Shown piece after piece: positions 10,369 through 20,515 of a stretch of 64,000 bases of DNA. The position numbers were made by a program, and so were the translations under genes. Each line of letters opens with the position of its first letter. The first letter of the stretch is position 1. This DNA is from a virus (Duplodnaviria; Caudoviricetes). Location of the stretch: positions 64,001-128,000 of the IMG/VR virus record IMGVR_UViG_3300028591_000073; one strand, 5' to 3'. The notes under the pieces were generated by a model. The model searched no databases. It was not told where the DNA came from and saw only the letters and a list, made by a program, of their open reading frames with translations.

Positions 10369-13300
10369 TCACCCCTCTTTTAGAATTAATTCCGATTTAT
10401 TTAAAAAATATCGATAATCAGATTTGGAGATTGTCTCAGTTACATACACATGCTCCATTAAAGATGCCGAAAATGTATATTGTAAATAACCTTCATGCAC
10501 TTGGATGTTGCTTGATGATAGAGACACAAATCTTTCATCATAATGAATCTGTTCAATATTGGATAAATTCAATACAACCATATGTTTATCAGTTCTTGGA
10601 CCAAATTTGTATTTTGCATATGCAGAATATGGGATTGTCAATAGACTTGTATGTCCATAGTAATATACATCATTTACAACATAAGGCAAGTAACAAGAGC
10701 CATATGTTTTATTGGAATAATGTGTCCAAGGTAAATAAATAGATGTAAACATCGGTATTTCATTTCCAGCAGCATCATATTGTTTGAAATCTGTTCGATA
10801 AATGAATAGATCTGCTGCATTATAATATTGCGATATCATTACCGCACCATTACAATATCGAACTGATTCAGGATATGCCATTGTACCAATATTGATTGTC
10901 TTCACAATTTCAGATGTTTCTTCATCATATGCGTAGATATAATATCTTGTCACAATATAAAATAGATGGTTTCCGTCATAACAAATGCAAGGTGCTGTAT
11001 CAGCCTTTGTCAATTGAAATGTATTAAGCAATGCGAATGTATCCTTATCAATAACACAAACATTCTTATTGCTACCATTTGTACCAACTGCAATGATTTG
11101 TGTATTACCAATTGCCCAATCTGTAACAGTTGTGGTTGATGTACCATTGATGGTGTGTGGATATTTTGTCCATGTATTAATTATGGTATTATATAATAAT
11201 ATGGATTTCTGTCCAAAACAAATGATGGTATGATCATCCCACCATGTCATTTGACCATATGCGATAAATGATTCATTACCACATGCTGCAGTAATGGAGA
11301 CTTCGAATGTTTCTTTGTTGATTCTCGTCAAGCATTGATTATAATTAGCATTATTATTATATGCTTGCGATTGATTGAAATAGAAATATTTTTCATCAAT
11401 CAACATTGGTCCAAGATATGCTCGTGATGCATAGTTTTCTCGTGGATATACTTGCGATAACGTGAATTTATGAATACCATGAACGGTATGATCGATTAAA
11501 TTCATTGCGTTTATCTTAACAAATGGACCACTTTCTATTGTGGACTCAGACACATATGCAACATATAATGTGCGATCATATTCACACATCGTGAAATTAG
11601 TTAAATTTTTCGCATCCCCATCTACCAATCCATCATAATATTCACTCGGAACATCTAGTTTTGATCCAACTGGTAATAACCATTGTGCAGTCTGGATACT
11701 ACCATCTTCACCACGATAATCCTCTGGGTCTTTCAATTCCATAGTTCGTTCTTCCACAATAAGTTTGTCTTGGTTGTCAATATCAAAATAATAGTGTTTG
11801 AAAATACGTCTACCATGCTCATCCAACTTTACATACGTATTTCCAGTACTTTGATTTGCGGTATCTAATTGCAACAAATATGCTTTGTATCTTTTTTGGT
11901 TATTTGTCAAATGATCAACTGTGAGTTCGATTGTGGTTTTTTCATCATCATGTGTGATATTATAATATCGATCAAATGATTCCGTGTCATATACATCATC
12001 AATATCGCAATTTATAACGGATAATGTTTCTGGAATATCAATTGTAATGGTTTGTGCATATGGTATTACATATAATTGAATTGCATTCACATCATCATTT
12101 TCAGCATAAGATATGATTTTATAATTATCTGATAAACCATTATCGGATGTGAAAGAACTTCCATATGTTTCAAATGTTGTTATATCAATGGATTGGTTTT
12201 CTAATAATACCCATGTGTCATTTTCTTTATCATAATATTTATATCCGTATTCATCACGGCAAATACACTTTGCCAAAACAGATATTGCTTCAATTTGTGT
12301 TTTGGTATGCCATATTGGTAAATCATTCCCGCCTTGTACAGTGGTGGTTTCTGTCAAATAATATTCCTCTTCATTACATGCATATCCACTTGGAATATCA
12401 GTTATAGGTGTATTTGCAGTTAATGTGAAACCAGAACCACCAGCTCCACCTCTTTGCCAGTCATAGTTAGATGTTCTGACGGTGGCATATCCGCCATACC
12501 ATCCACCACCGCCACTTCCAGGGTATGCACTACTGTAACCTACACTTGCTTCACCTTCACCAAATGCATATCCGGTTGATTGTGTGCCAGGACCACTGTT
12601 ATTACCTTGATTCGTGGTGGCAGGTTGTCCGCCGGTTTCACCACCACCAACACCACCGTATCCACCAACCATACCTTCGGAACCAGCACCACCGGCAACA
12701 ATGACACGGTGATACAAATCATCCACATCAAAACGAATATCAGTTCCGCCACCAGATGAAGATATAATTCTGGTACGATTCTGCATGCTCTTTCCACCAT
12801 TAAATTTTAATGATGGTAAATTTGCGATTGCCATCGCATTTGCAAATGTATCAGAATATCCAATATCCGCACGAGGACCGCCACTTCCACCTGTATAAAC
12901 ATAAATCTCATGATCATTTTGTGTATTGATCATTCCTTCGGAATATCCACCTTTTACACAATGGGATGTCCTTGCACGAGAACCACCATCTCCACCCCAC
13001 ACTTTTAATTTATATTTTCCCGCTGGTAAATCGTGAGATACTAAATTACCGGTACACGGATAAACAATAATATCACCTGTTTTGATGTTCTCTTCTAACT
13101 TACAAATGTAAACATGACCATTATTCCAATCTAACGGATTATTGGAAAACAAATCTCCCATTGCTTGTCCGCCATGTAATAATACTTTTGTGAAATAATA
13201 TTTGGAATCAGGGTCATATCCATCAGGTTTATACGAGGATGCTGTTAATACATAACTAGAGCCACCACCACCTTGTTTTGTCATATTGGTGGCGTTTTGA

Positions 13301-14688
13301 TTATGTGGTATAGATGCATATCCGGAATACCATCCACCACCTCCACCACCACATCCTTCTGCAGAATAATTATTTGATGATGTTCGTTTTACGGGATGAC
13401 ATCCATAACCGAATGCATATCCGTCAGTTTGCGACGGATATAGATCACAAAATCCATCTGGCCCGGTACTATAACCGGGAGAAACAGACCCATATGGTCC
13501 ACCACCATATGAACATCCGTCATTCCAGTTACCTGTTTCGATTTGATGACAACCACCGCCACCGCCAGCAGCAACCATGATTCGAGAATTTAATGATGGA
13601 TGATTCGTTTTCGGAGGACCTTGCAACCATGTTCCAATATTTGATGTGATGAAGACATGATTTATGATATCAAACAATCCTTCTTTGTGATCTGCATTAC
13701 GATATGCCGGAACATAATTCTTTATAACAGTCTCATCACCTGTTTCCGTATCGATCTCCGATATCTTGAAAGAATACAATTTAAATTTATCCCAGCTACC
13801 CTCTGATGAAAGACTATTATTACTTGCATTATTTGCAGTATTAATCAATAACGGACAAATGCAATCATTCACAATACCAGTAGATATTACACTTCCATTT
13901 GGTGTTTCGGAATCATCGAAGAACCATTCTGCTTTATCTTGATAACAGATGAGTTTAATTTTCTCATTATATAAGAAATCAGCACCTTGTGTTTCAGCAC
14001 CACTTCTATTATATACTGGAATATTGTTGTTATTAAAACGGGAAAAGAATACAAATGCATTGTTTTGATATGAATAATTTTTGGCACCGAATAATATCTC
14101 ATATGCTTGAATCGTATTCTCAAAACAAACGACCTCTGTTTCAATTTTTGTATTCGATTTTGGAATATATTCCGTATTAAAATATCCCGAGTTATTACTA
14201 CCTATGGCATAGATGTATTCTAGTTGTGTATATGTGTTATCATCCACATCAATAAGAGTTTCTGATGTTGGAAATATAATACTTCCGTCATCACTGTATG
14301 TTGGATATTCGGTTGGGTCATATGGAAGTAAACGGATATCAGTTGCCCCACCACCGCCTGGTCCATGTGAATATGTTGATGAATAACTCATACCGCCATG
14401 TGCTCCACCATTAAATCCACCGGTGCATAATGCGTAATCTATGTTGTAATCAGCACCATCAGACCCAACAACGGCATGGAATGTGGTTGTTTCATTTAAT
14501 GTAATTTCACCATATGTGATACCACCGTATTCTTTGATATCACGAGAACCCTTTCCACCATGAGCTCCTTCACAGATAAACAAATATGTTCCGGGTTCTA
14601 ACGTAAATGGTTGATCTGTTCCTGTATAAAAAAATTCTTGTTCTACTCTCCATAATTGGTTATCATAACCAATGAGTTTGTTTGACAT
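10369..14688 (-). CDS. Glycine-rich-domain tail/receptor-binding protein, 1439 aa (two Gly-rich domains, lectin-like insert, beta-propeller-like C-terminus)
   Basis: Two copies of the phage Gly-rich module (F.YTG..Q...L.PG.Y..., GGFNGG, GGGATDIR, R..VA.GGGG, GGGGGWY.G, GGGGSS/GF). Confidence 0.7.
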   Translation of the reverse strand: MSNKLIGYDNQLWRVEQEFFYTGTDQPFTLEPGTYLFICEGAHGGKGSRDIKEYGGITYGEITLNETTTFHAVVGSDGADYNIDYALCTGGFNGGAHGGMSYSSTYSHGPGGGGATDIRLLPYDPTEYPTYSDDGSIIFPTSETLIDVDDNTYTQLEYIYAIGSNNSGYFNTEYIPKSNTKIETEVVCFENTIQAYEILFGAKNYSYQNNAFVFFSRFNNNNIPVYNRSGAETQGADFLYNEKIKLICYQDKAEWFFDDSETPNGSVISTGIVNDCICPLLINTANNASNNSLSSEGSWDKFKLYSFKISEIDTETGDETVIKNYVPAYRNADHKEGLFDIINHVFITSNIGTWLQGPPKTNHPSLNSRIMVAAGGGGGCHQIETGNWNDGCSYGGGPYGSVSPGYSTGPDGFCDLYPSQTDGYAFGYGCHPVKRTSSNNYSAEGCGGGGGGWYSGYASIPHNQNATNMTKQGGGGSSYVLTASSYKPDGYDPDSKYYFTKVLLHGGQAMGDLFSNNPLDWNNGHVYICKLEENIKTGDIIVYPCTGNLVSHDLPAGKYKLKVWGGDGGSRARTSHCVKGGYSEGMINTQNDHEIYVYTGGSGGPRADIGYSDTFANAMAIANLPSLKFNGGKSMQNRTRIISSSGGGTDIRFDVDDLYHRVIVAGGAGSEGMVGGYGGVGGGETGGQPATTNQGNNSGPGTQSTGYAFGEGEASVGYSSAYPGSGGGGWYGGYATVRTSNYDWQRGGAGGSGFTLTANTPITDIPSGYACNEEEYYLTETTTVQGGNDLPIWHTKTQIEAISVLAKCICRDEYGYKYYDKENDTWVLLENQSIDITTFETYGSSFTSDNGLSDNYKIISYAENDDVNAIQLYVIPYAQTITIDIPETLSVINCDIDDVYDTESFDRYYNITHDDEKTTIELTVDHLTNNQKRYKAYLLQLDTANQSTGNTYVKLDEHGRRIFKHYYFDIDNQDKLIVEERTMELKDPEDYRGEDGSIQTAQWLLPVGSKLDVPSEYYDGLVDGDAKNLTNFTMCEYDRTLYVAYVSESTIESGPFVKINAMNLIDHTVHGIHKFTLSQVYPRENYASRAYLGPMLIDEKYFYFNQSQAYNNNANYNQCLTRINKETFEVSITAACGNESFIAYGQMTWWDDHTIICFGQKSILLYNTIINTWTKYPHTINGTSTTTVTDWAIGNTQIIAVGTNGSNKNVCVIDKDTFALLNTFQLTKADTAPCICYDGNHLFYIVTRYYIYAYDEETSEIVKTINIGTMAYPESVRYCNGAVMISQYYNAADLFIYRTDFKQYDAAGNEIPMFTSIYLPWTHYSNKTYGSCYLPYVVNDVYYYGHTSLLTIPYSAYAKYKFGPRTDKHMVVLNLSNIEQIHYDERFVSLSSSNIQVHEGYLQYTFSASLMEHVYVTETISKSDYRYFLNKSELILKEG

Positions 14689-14771
14689 AATCTCACTTCC
14701 TTATTTCATGAAATTAAGTTAATAAAAATATGCGGGGCATATGCCCCGCATACATGAAACGATATGCGTTA

Positions 14772-16748
14772 TTAGCCAGTCCATACGACCTGACAATCTT
14801 CTGGAGCACCCCAAGGAGCACCAGTAATGGAATTCTCTGCTTTATTGATTGTGATTCTCTTAAGATTTGGACAATCTTTAAATGCACCATCCAATCCACC
14901 ATCTATGTCTTCTTGTATTTCCGTAATTCCAGAACCGATTACAACTTCTTCAAGTGCGTCACATGCTTCGAATACACCGGCACCGATGCTGGAGCAATGA
15001 TCTGGAATTGTAACATTTGTTAATGATGGACAATATGCGAATGCACCATTCTTTATCTTAAGATCAGTACCACCACTTTCGAATGTAATGTTCTCCAACC
15101 AGGGATTGTAATTGAAAGCACCATTGTCAATTAATGTCACGGATTTCGGAATTGTAATTTCCGTAAATGCATTATATGTAAATGCAGAAGTATCGATTGT
15201 TTCAACACCATTCTCAAGTGTTAATGTGACAGCAGATACATTACGCATTTCCGGATTTATCACAGTACGACCTCGGAAAGCAGATTGTGTGATATTTTTA
15301 ACACTACCAGGAATTGTGATATGTCGAATAGATGTCGTCTCAAATGCACCTTGTTCTATTGTGGTAAGCTGATTTGACAGAGTGAGTGATTGTAATGATG
15401 TCATATTACTCAACCAACCAGAACCCAATGATCCAGTAAATCCATTGTTCATATGATAGAGAACAATGTTCTTGACAGCCCAGTCTTGAGTACCCCACAT
15501 ATCAGGATAACGTCTGATGAATGCCGTATTTTCATCATTCATACCAGTAGCTGTGTATGTGCAATCATCACCAATCACAACGGAGAACATATTGGTTGGG
15601 TGTGCAACCAGATACGCACACATATCAGAATACAAATCATATGTTGTCAATTCATTTGTTGTCATATTAATGAGATTGATCTTTTCATCATCGATATTAA
15701 GATATGTGATTGTTGCATTCGTAGCACCCCAAGGTGCATTGGAAATTGCTCCTTCTTTATTCAAAACAATGATATTGAGGTCCTCGGCCATATTCCCAAA
15801 CGCATTAGCATGAATTTGTTTGATACTTGGCGGAATCACGAGTGTTTTAACATTTGTACAGAACTGGAATGCAGCTGCTCCATCAATCGATTCCAATGTA
15901 AGTGGGAATTCAATTGATGTAACACCTCTTCTGCCAGAAAAACATTCCGTGGGAATTGATTTAATACCAGTTCCAATCTTAATGGTCTTTGTTGCATCCA
16001 TGATTGCATACATTTCTTCTGCTCTTTCCTCAGTATCAAACTGAGTAGGTCGAGCGACAGCGAAGCATGATGTTCCAAGTGACGTAACAGAATCGGGAAT
16101 GATAATACTTTCAAGTGGACACTCGGCAAATGCAACATTTCCAATGGATTGTAAATTATCATTGAAAATAACAGTTGTCAATTTTTCACATCCACTGAAT
16201 GCAGTATCACCAATAGATTTTAGGTTATCATTCAATTCAACTGTTGTTAGTTGCGCACAGGATGTGAATGTAAGTGCCGGTATTGTTTTCATATTTTTAC
16301 CAAGTTTTACGGAGTCCAATTTTGCCAAACCTTGATATTTGATTGCAATAGTCTCAGATTCATCACCAAACACAATTCGTTTCACATTTGCCAAACTGGT
16401 TGTACGATTAGTAATCTGCATATCCCCAGAGAATACAATTGTGAATTCTTGATCTGCATTCTCAGACAAATCCATATATGCAACTGCATCATCAACTGTG
16501 TCAAAATATTTTATGTCAAAAAAAGTCGATGTCGATTTTGTAGTATTGATGACTGTAACTTTACCATCTCTTGCCAATAATTCTGGATTGACAATTCGCA
16601 TTGGTGTTGGAATGTCTTTTAAAAATGATGCGGCTGGATTCTTTTTAGATGTAGAAGATGCATATGTGTTATTTGATATCAGATCGAGTTTTCTTTCATT
16701 TGATGTTTGTTGAAGACGTGTGCCCCCAACTAAGTCAATTCTAGCCAT
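14772..16748 (-). CDS. BspA-like leucine-rich repeat (LRR_5) surface/adhesin-like protein, 658 aa
   Basis: Repeats such as LKSIGDTAFSGCEKLTTVIF, LQSIGNVAFAECPLESIIIPDSVTSLG and VTLIDNGAF. Start reassigned to MARIDL (ATG 16748, AAGGAG RBS); the track's longer start overlaps the DHH gene. Confidence 0.85.
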   Translation of the reverse strand: MARIDLVGGTRLQQTSNERKLDLISNNTYASSTSKKNPAASFLKDIPTPMRIVNPELLARDGKVTVINTTKSTSTFFDIKYFDTVDDAVAYMDLSENADQEFTIVFSGDMQITNRTTSLANVKRIVFGDESETIAIKYQGLAKLDSVKLGKNMKTIPALTFTSCAQLTTVELNDNLKSIGDTAFSGCEKLTTVIFNDNLQSIGNVAFAECPLESIIIPDSVTSLGTSCFAVARPTQFDTEERAEEMYAIMDATKTIKIGTGIKSIPTECFSGRRGVTSIEFPLTLESIDGAAAFQFCTNVKTLVIPPSIKQIHANAFGNMAEDLNIIVLNKEGAISNAPWGATNATITYLNIDDEKINLINMTTNELTTYDLYSDMCAYLVAHPTNMFSVVIGDDCTYTATGMNDENTAFIRRYPDMWGTQDWAVKNIVLYHMNNGFTGSLGSGWLSNMTSLQSLTLSNQLTTIEQGAFETTSIRHITIPGSVKNITQSAFRGRTVINPEMRNVSAVTLTLENGVETIDTSAFTYNAFTEITIPKSVTLIDNGAFNYNPWLENITFESGGTDLKIKNGAFAYCPSLTNVTIPDHCSSIGAGVFEACDALEEVVIGSGITEIQEDIDGGLDGAFKDCPNLKRITINKAENSITGAPWGAPEDCQVVWTG

Positions 16749-16818
16749 ATAAATAGCTCCTTTCTTAAATAAGTTATGAAAACGTTTTATATGGAAGGGG
16801 CCAACGGCCCCTTCATTA

Positions 16819-17811
16819 TTAAGCATCCGTAATTTCATCAAAATAATTGCATTCCAGATTTCCAGCTGCCGCATGCACATGTCCATTCCCATTAAAGTAC
16901 TTTTGACAGATTTCGGCACAATTAAATTGTGAATTGCCATTGGAGTAAAAGGTATATGTCCATTTATCAACACTGCCATCATATGAGAATTTGCACACGA
17001 AATCATATTCAATATACTTATCGCCAAATAATAGAGAATTGCCAATTGGGCAGTTTACAACCCATCCCTTGAATCCATCGATTTCCATTTCAAATCCATT
17101 ATGATTTGCTTGTTCATAAATCGATTTCTGGTATTTCGCAATTCCACGACCAAGTTCTACCAATGAAACAATCTGTTTATAATCGCGCTCATATAACAAC
17201 ATTTCCCACACATCATTGTTCAAGGGTTGTGTATCGAGCGTTCTTAATGCAGTCTCGAAATATCTGGAATTGTCGAATTGATGTGTCCATGTATCGTGAT
17301 CGTTAATATAACGAACGGCATCTGGGACACCATATTCTCTCATACGTCTTTTGTCATTTGGATAAAATGCCAGATGAGTATAATCTTCTGTGAAATCATA
17401 TTCTACTGAATTGGGATTCAACTGCTCATCCATTGTCATACAGGAATAAACATATGTCAGCATACATGCAGAAATATCCACACGATAAAAGTTTGTAACA
17501 CGTTCATACAAAATCTTATCACGTTCACTCAGGTTCTTTTCGAATTCTTTTCCACCAATGTGATGGTCGATATGGATGATATCGCAATCTTTCTTTAAAC
17601 ATTTTCGAATTACTTGCATCACATTTTCATCCAATGCCAAATCCACAATCATAACTCGTTCTTTGTTATGAATGTCTTCTTCATTTAATTCAATGGCTTT
17701 TTGATGTCCATATTCGATAAATGTCTTTGGTTCAAAATCATTTGCAATCTGCATTGCAACAATCGCAGCTGCACAACGTCCATCTGCATCATTGTGATGA
17801 ATACATATCAT
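16819..17811 (-). CDS. DHH/DHHA1-family phosphoesterase
   Basis: Motifs HHNDADG, IVD, HIDHH, NDHD and C-terminal GNGHVHAAAG (GGGH-like). Confidence 0.9.
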   Translation of the reverse strand: MICIHHNDADGRCAAAIVAMQIANDFEPKTFIEYGHQKAIELNEEDIHNKERVMIVDLALDENVMQVIRKCLKKDCDIIHIDHHIGGKEFEKNLSERDKILYERVTNFYRVDISACMLTYVYSCMTMDEQLNPNSVEYDFTEDYTHLAFYPNDKRRMREYGVPDAVRYINDHDTWTHQFDNSRYFETALRTLDTQPLNNDVWEMLLYERDYKQIVSLVELGRGIAKYQKSIYEQANHNGFEMEIDGFKGWVVNCPIGNSLLFGDKYIEYDFVCKFSYDGSVDKWTYTFYSNGNSQFNCAEICQKYFNGNGHVHAAAGNLECNYFDEITDA

Positions 17812-17822
17812 ATGATCACTCC

Positions 17823-18263
17823 TTACTTCTTAAAATGTTTCATTGCATTCTCTTTGAAATCGAGATATCTCTCAGGCGGATATGCAGATTCATTCTTGAT
17901 TGCGTTCTTACGACGAGTACACGTGGATGGTGAATAACCGGTGAATGCTGCAATCTCACGTACACGATATCCCATATCAAATAAGACATTGATTGCCATG
18001 ACTTCATCATCAAATGTTTTGAAATCAAATATCTTAAAACGATATGTGCGATGGTATTGTCTCTTGACAGTTTTGCTGACTCTGGTATATTCCCATATGA
18101 TGAGTTTCCCATCATGTGTTTTTGCACGAACGAATGTCACATCTGTCAATGGATTCGTTACCATCGCAATTTCTCTGATGTCATTGGTATCAATTTCATG
18201 ATTTGCATATAATGCAAGACCAGCATCTACTGCACTTACGATTGTAATTTTTTCTTGTTTCAT
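17823..18263 (-). CDS. Hypothetical protein with C-terminal helix-turn-helix, 146 aa
   Basis: LFDMGYRVREIAAFTGYSPSTCTRR is HTH-like. Start reassigned to MKQEK (18263) because the upstream extension is the structured RNA. Confidence 0.6.
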   Translation of the reverse strand: MKQEKITIVSAVDAGLALYANHEIDTNDIREIAMVTNPLTDVTFVRAKTHDGKLIIWEYTRVSKTVKRQYHRTYRFKIFDFKTFDDEVMAINVLFDMGYRVREIAAFTGYSPSTCTRRKNAIKNESAYPPERYLDFKENAMKHFKK

Positions 18264-18266
18264 AAT

Positions 18267-18398
18267 GTTAATCCTGACATATTGTTTCCTACCCATAAGA
18301 ACTAATGTTCTTGGCGATAGGCTCATACCGTGTGTCGCCACGGCTGTTTATATTCACGAATCAAGTAAGTCAGGAACAACCTACTTTCTTAAATTATT
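18267..18398 (-). ncRNA. Structured RNA element, copy B (unassigned family)
   Basis: Stems UCCUGAC/GUCAGGA, CCGUG-GCGACA-CACGG, CCUAUC/GGUAGG and AAGAAC/GUUCUU; covaries with copy A. Confidence 0.65.
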
Positions 18399-18520
18399 TT
18401 ACGACATACAAATGTCCTTGATTGTGAATTTTCTCATACTCCAAGAGTTTATTTGTCTTAATGCTTCATTACGTAGATTGATAGCAGCATTATAATCTCT
18501 ATCAATTACTAATCCACTTT
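18399..18520 (-). pseudogene. tnpB: TnpB (IS200/IS605/IS607 family) C-terminal remnant
   Basis: Minus-strand translation ..ESGLVIDRDYNAAINLRNEALRQINSWSMRKFTIKDICMS* contains the TnpB RuvC-III motif DRDxNAAxN. There is no start codon and no upstream part of the gene. Confidence 0.8.
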
Positions 18521-18641
18521 CCGACAATGTTTCTTACCCAAGGACACCATTGTGTTCAGACAGTAAGCTCATACCCAGTGTCGCCTGGGCTGTTTATCAC
18601 ACATTAAGTAAGTCAGGAGTTCCTCACTTTCTTAAATTATT
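18516..18641 (-). ncRNA. Structured RNA element, copy A (unassigned family)
   Basis: Stems CCUGAC/GUCGG, CCCAG-GCGACA-CUGGG, CUUAC/GUAAG and ACAC/GUGU; linkers CUGACUUACUU, AUAAACAG, UAUGAG and AAACA are identical to copy B. Confidence 0.65.
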
Positions 18642-18652
18642 AAATCCTCCAT

Positions 18653-19741
18653 TTATAGCCCAAAAAAATAATAACGCCACATTTCTTTTACGTATGATTC
18701 ACCCATCGAACTCAGGTATCTCAAATCTTCAATAAACTGTTTCTCCAATTGCTCCTTATCAGAACCCCTTTTATCAAATAACATAGCAAGCAAGTCCTCA
18801 ATACACATTTGTTCAATTTCTGGTTCATCTTTCACATCTTCATCAAGGTCCATAGCCGCTGTCATCTTGTCAATCTTTTCTTTTTCTTTAGATTTCAGAT
18901 ATTCTTCCTCCATTTTTGAGAACACATTACACAGTTCATCGAAAGCTTCATTGATAGATTTCTTATCCTCTTTGTAAGATTTTTTATTATTCTCCATCTC
19001 ATCCAATACGTTGGAACCTTGTGCTTTTCCGACCTTGGTTGAGACATGGAAAATGCTATCGATTCTGGTTTTGTGGTTGATGTAGAAGTCTTTATCATAT
19101 TCGATGTCTTCAAACAAAGGAAGCATCTTCTTACGGAATTCCAGCAGAAGTGCAATTGCGATTTCTCTAATATTCGGATGTGCAGAAGAAGCACATCTGA
19201 GTTCAAAGAAATGTCTCCATGCACGAATGTCCATGGTGACTTTCATATTTACTTTCAGTGCTTGGGGAAGTACTGCCCTGGCTTCCTGAGGTTTTGCACC
19301 ATTCTTGATAAGCTGATTATATGCGTAAGCAGCAGTTTCACAAGCTTCTTGGAAAATCTTATAACGGATATCCAAGGCTTTTCCATCAGGGAATACCTTT
19401 GCATTTTTATCATATTCTACAGGAATAATGAATTCAACACCTTTAGAATAGTTGACATAACGTGTGGACTCAACGGAATATCCAACACCAATTCTATGGC
19501 GTGTCCATTCTGCAAGCACATCACGTGACGTAATCACATCTACTGTGACAGATTGGTGTTCCAATACGGATGTGTGTCCACTCTTGATAATTCCACGAAG
19601 GAAATCAGCCGTCGGTTTTGTATGTTGCTTGAATTCAGACTGGTAACAGGTCCTTGCACATTTTTCCAGATTTCTCATAATGTGAAAACCGTTTACATCA
19701 TCAACAAACTGGGCACTTGGGGTAATTAATTCAATACTCAT
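18653..19741 (-). CDS. thyX: FAD-dependent thymidylate synthase with acidic C-terminal extension
   Basis: ARTCY, GHTSVLEH, RHRxxxxxSVESTRY, EARAVLP and HFFELRC..AHP.IR motifs. Confidence 0.95.
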   Translation of the reverse strand: MSIELITPSAQFVDDVNGFHIMRNLEKCARTCYQSEFKQHTKPTADFLRGIIKSGHTSVLEHQSVTVDVITSRDVLAEWTRHRIGVGYSVESTRYVNYSKGVEFIIPVEYDKNAKVFPDGKALDIRYKIFQEACETAAYAYNQLIKNGAKPQEARAVLPQALKVNMKVTMDIRAWRHFFELRCASSAHPNIREIAIALLLEFRKKMLPLFEDIEYDKDFYINHKTRIDSIFHVSTKVGKAQGSNVLDEMENNKKSYKEDKKSINEAFDELCNVFSKMEEEYLKSKEKEKIDKMTAAMDLDEDVKDEPEIEQMCIEDLLAMLFDKRGSDKEQLEKQFIEDLRYLSSMGESYVKEMWRYYFFGL

Positions 19742-19853
19742 AACAAATATCTCCTTTATAAGAAAAAATAATACATGGAGAATAATCCATGTATTATTTT
19801 AGTTAAAGCTACTTGATTTATATAAGATAGCGGGGCCGAAGCCCCGCATATCA

Positions 19854-20411
19854 TTATTCTGTTTTATCAAGCTTCATTGAGTCTGAGAGTTTCGCAATGA
19901 TGTCATCTAATGACATACCATCTGTCGGCTTCATGATAACCTCTACCTGTGCAACATGCACGAGTTCAGATACCAATCTGACATAGTCTTCCATATACAG
20001 CAATGCTTCTTCTGCCTTTGTTTCAAAGATGAATCCGGAATAATCCAATTCAGGAACTCCCATCTCTTTGAATGCGTTCTGCACGAGGTCGATAATCTCA
20101 TTCGCCAGATTGGTTCTGTCATCACCAATGGGTGCTTGACGCATGTCACGTGCCTTTGCCATAATCGCAAGCACATTGCTTAACATGGTTGGACCATTGT
20201 TCAACCAAACGGATTCCCAATCCATTGATGAATATTCCATCGTCAGACTGGTTCCAGATGCCAAATGGATTTCCAATTTGTCATCTGCTTCTTCTTCAAT
20301 TTCTTCCGGTGTGTACAGTTCCACATCTGATGCATCTACCTCGATGGTATCTGTGGATTCTGTCAATGCTTCATCGAGCATCTGTGCGGTTGTTTTCAGT
20401 TCTTCGTTCAT
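19854..20411 (-). CDS. Hypothetical acidic protein, 185 aa
   Basis: AGGAGG RBS; UUCG hairpin downstream. Confidence 0.7.
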   Translation of the reverse strand: MNEELKTTAQMLDEALTESTDTIEVDASDVELYTPEEIEEEADDKLEIHLASGTSLTMEYSSMDWESVWLNNGPTMLSNVLAIMAKARDMRQAPIGDDRTNLANEIIDLVQNAFKEMGVPELDYSGFIFETKAEEALLYMEDYVRLVSELVHVAQVEVIMKPTDGMSLDDIIAKLSDSMKLDKTE

Positions 20412-20515
20412 GACGAATTCCTCCTATTTGATAAATTGTATTTGATTGTGTATCACGAAAATGTAAATATCTCATGATATCAATAAAATATTATATATAC
20501 GGAAGGGTGATTTAT

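Noticed and set aside
16749-17045. 99-aa N-terminal extension of the LRR ORF
   Set aside because: It overlaps the DHH gene and a hairpin; a good RBS precedes ATG 16748.
1419-17306. Numerous 60-150-aa antisense or alternate-frame ORFs in the track
   Set aside because: They are shadows of long genes, with no RBS or recognisable motifs. The same applies across the rest of the window.
18264-18341. N-terminal extension of the HTH ORF from 18341
   Set aside because: It runs through the covarying RNA element and has no RBS.
18267-18641. Hammerhead ribozyme, fluoride riboswitch or group II intron identity for the repeated RNA
   Set aside because: It has UAUGAG..GAAAC..GUC but lacks a contiguous CUGANGA core, the fluoride-switch 5' GAUG/pseudoknot segment, and a group II domain V.
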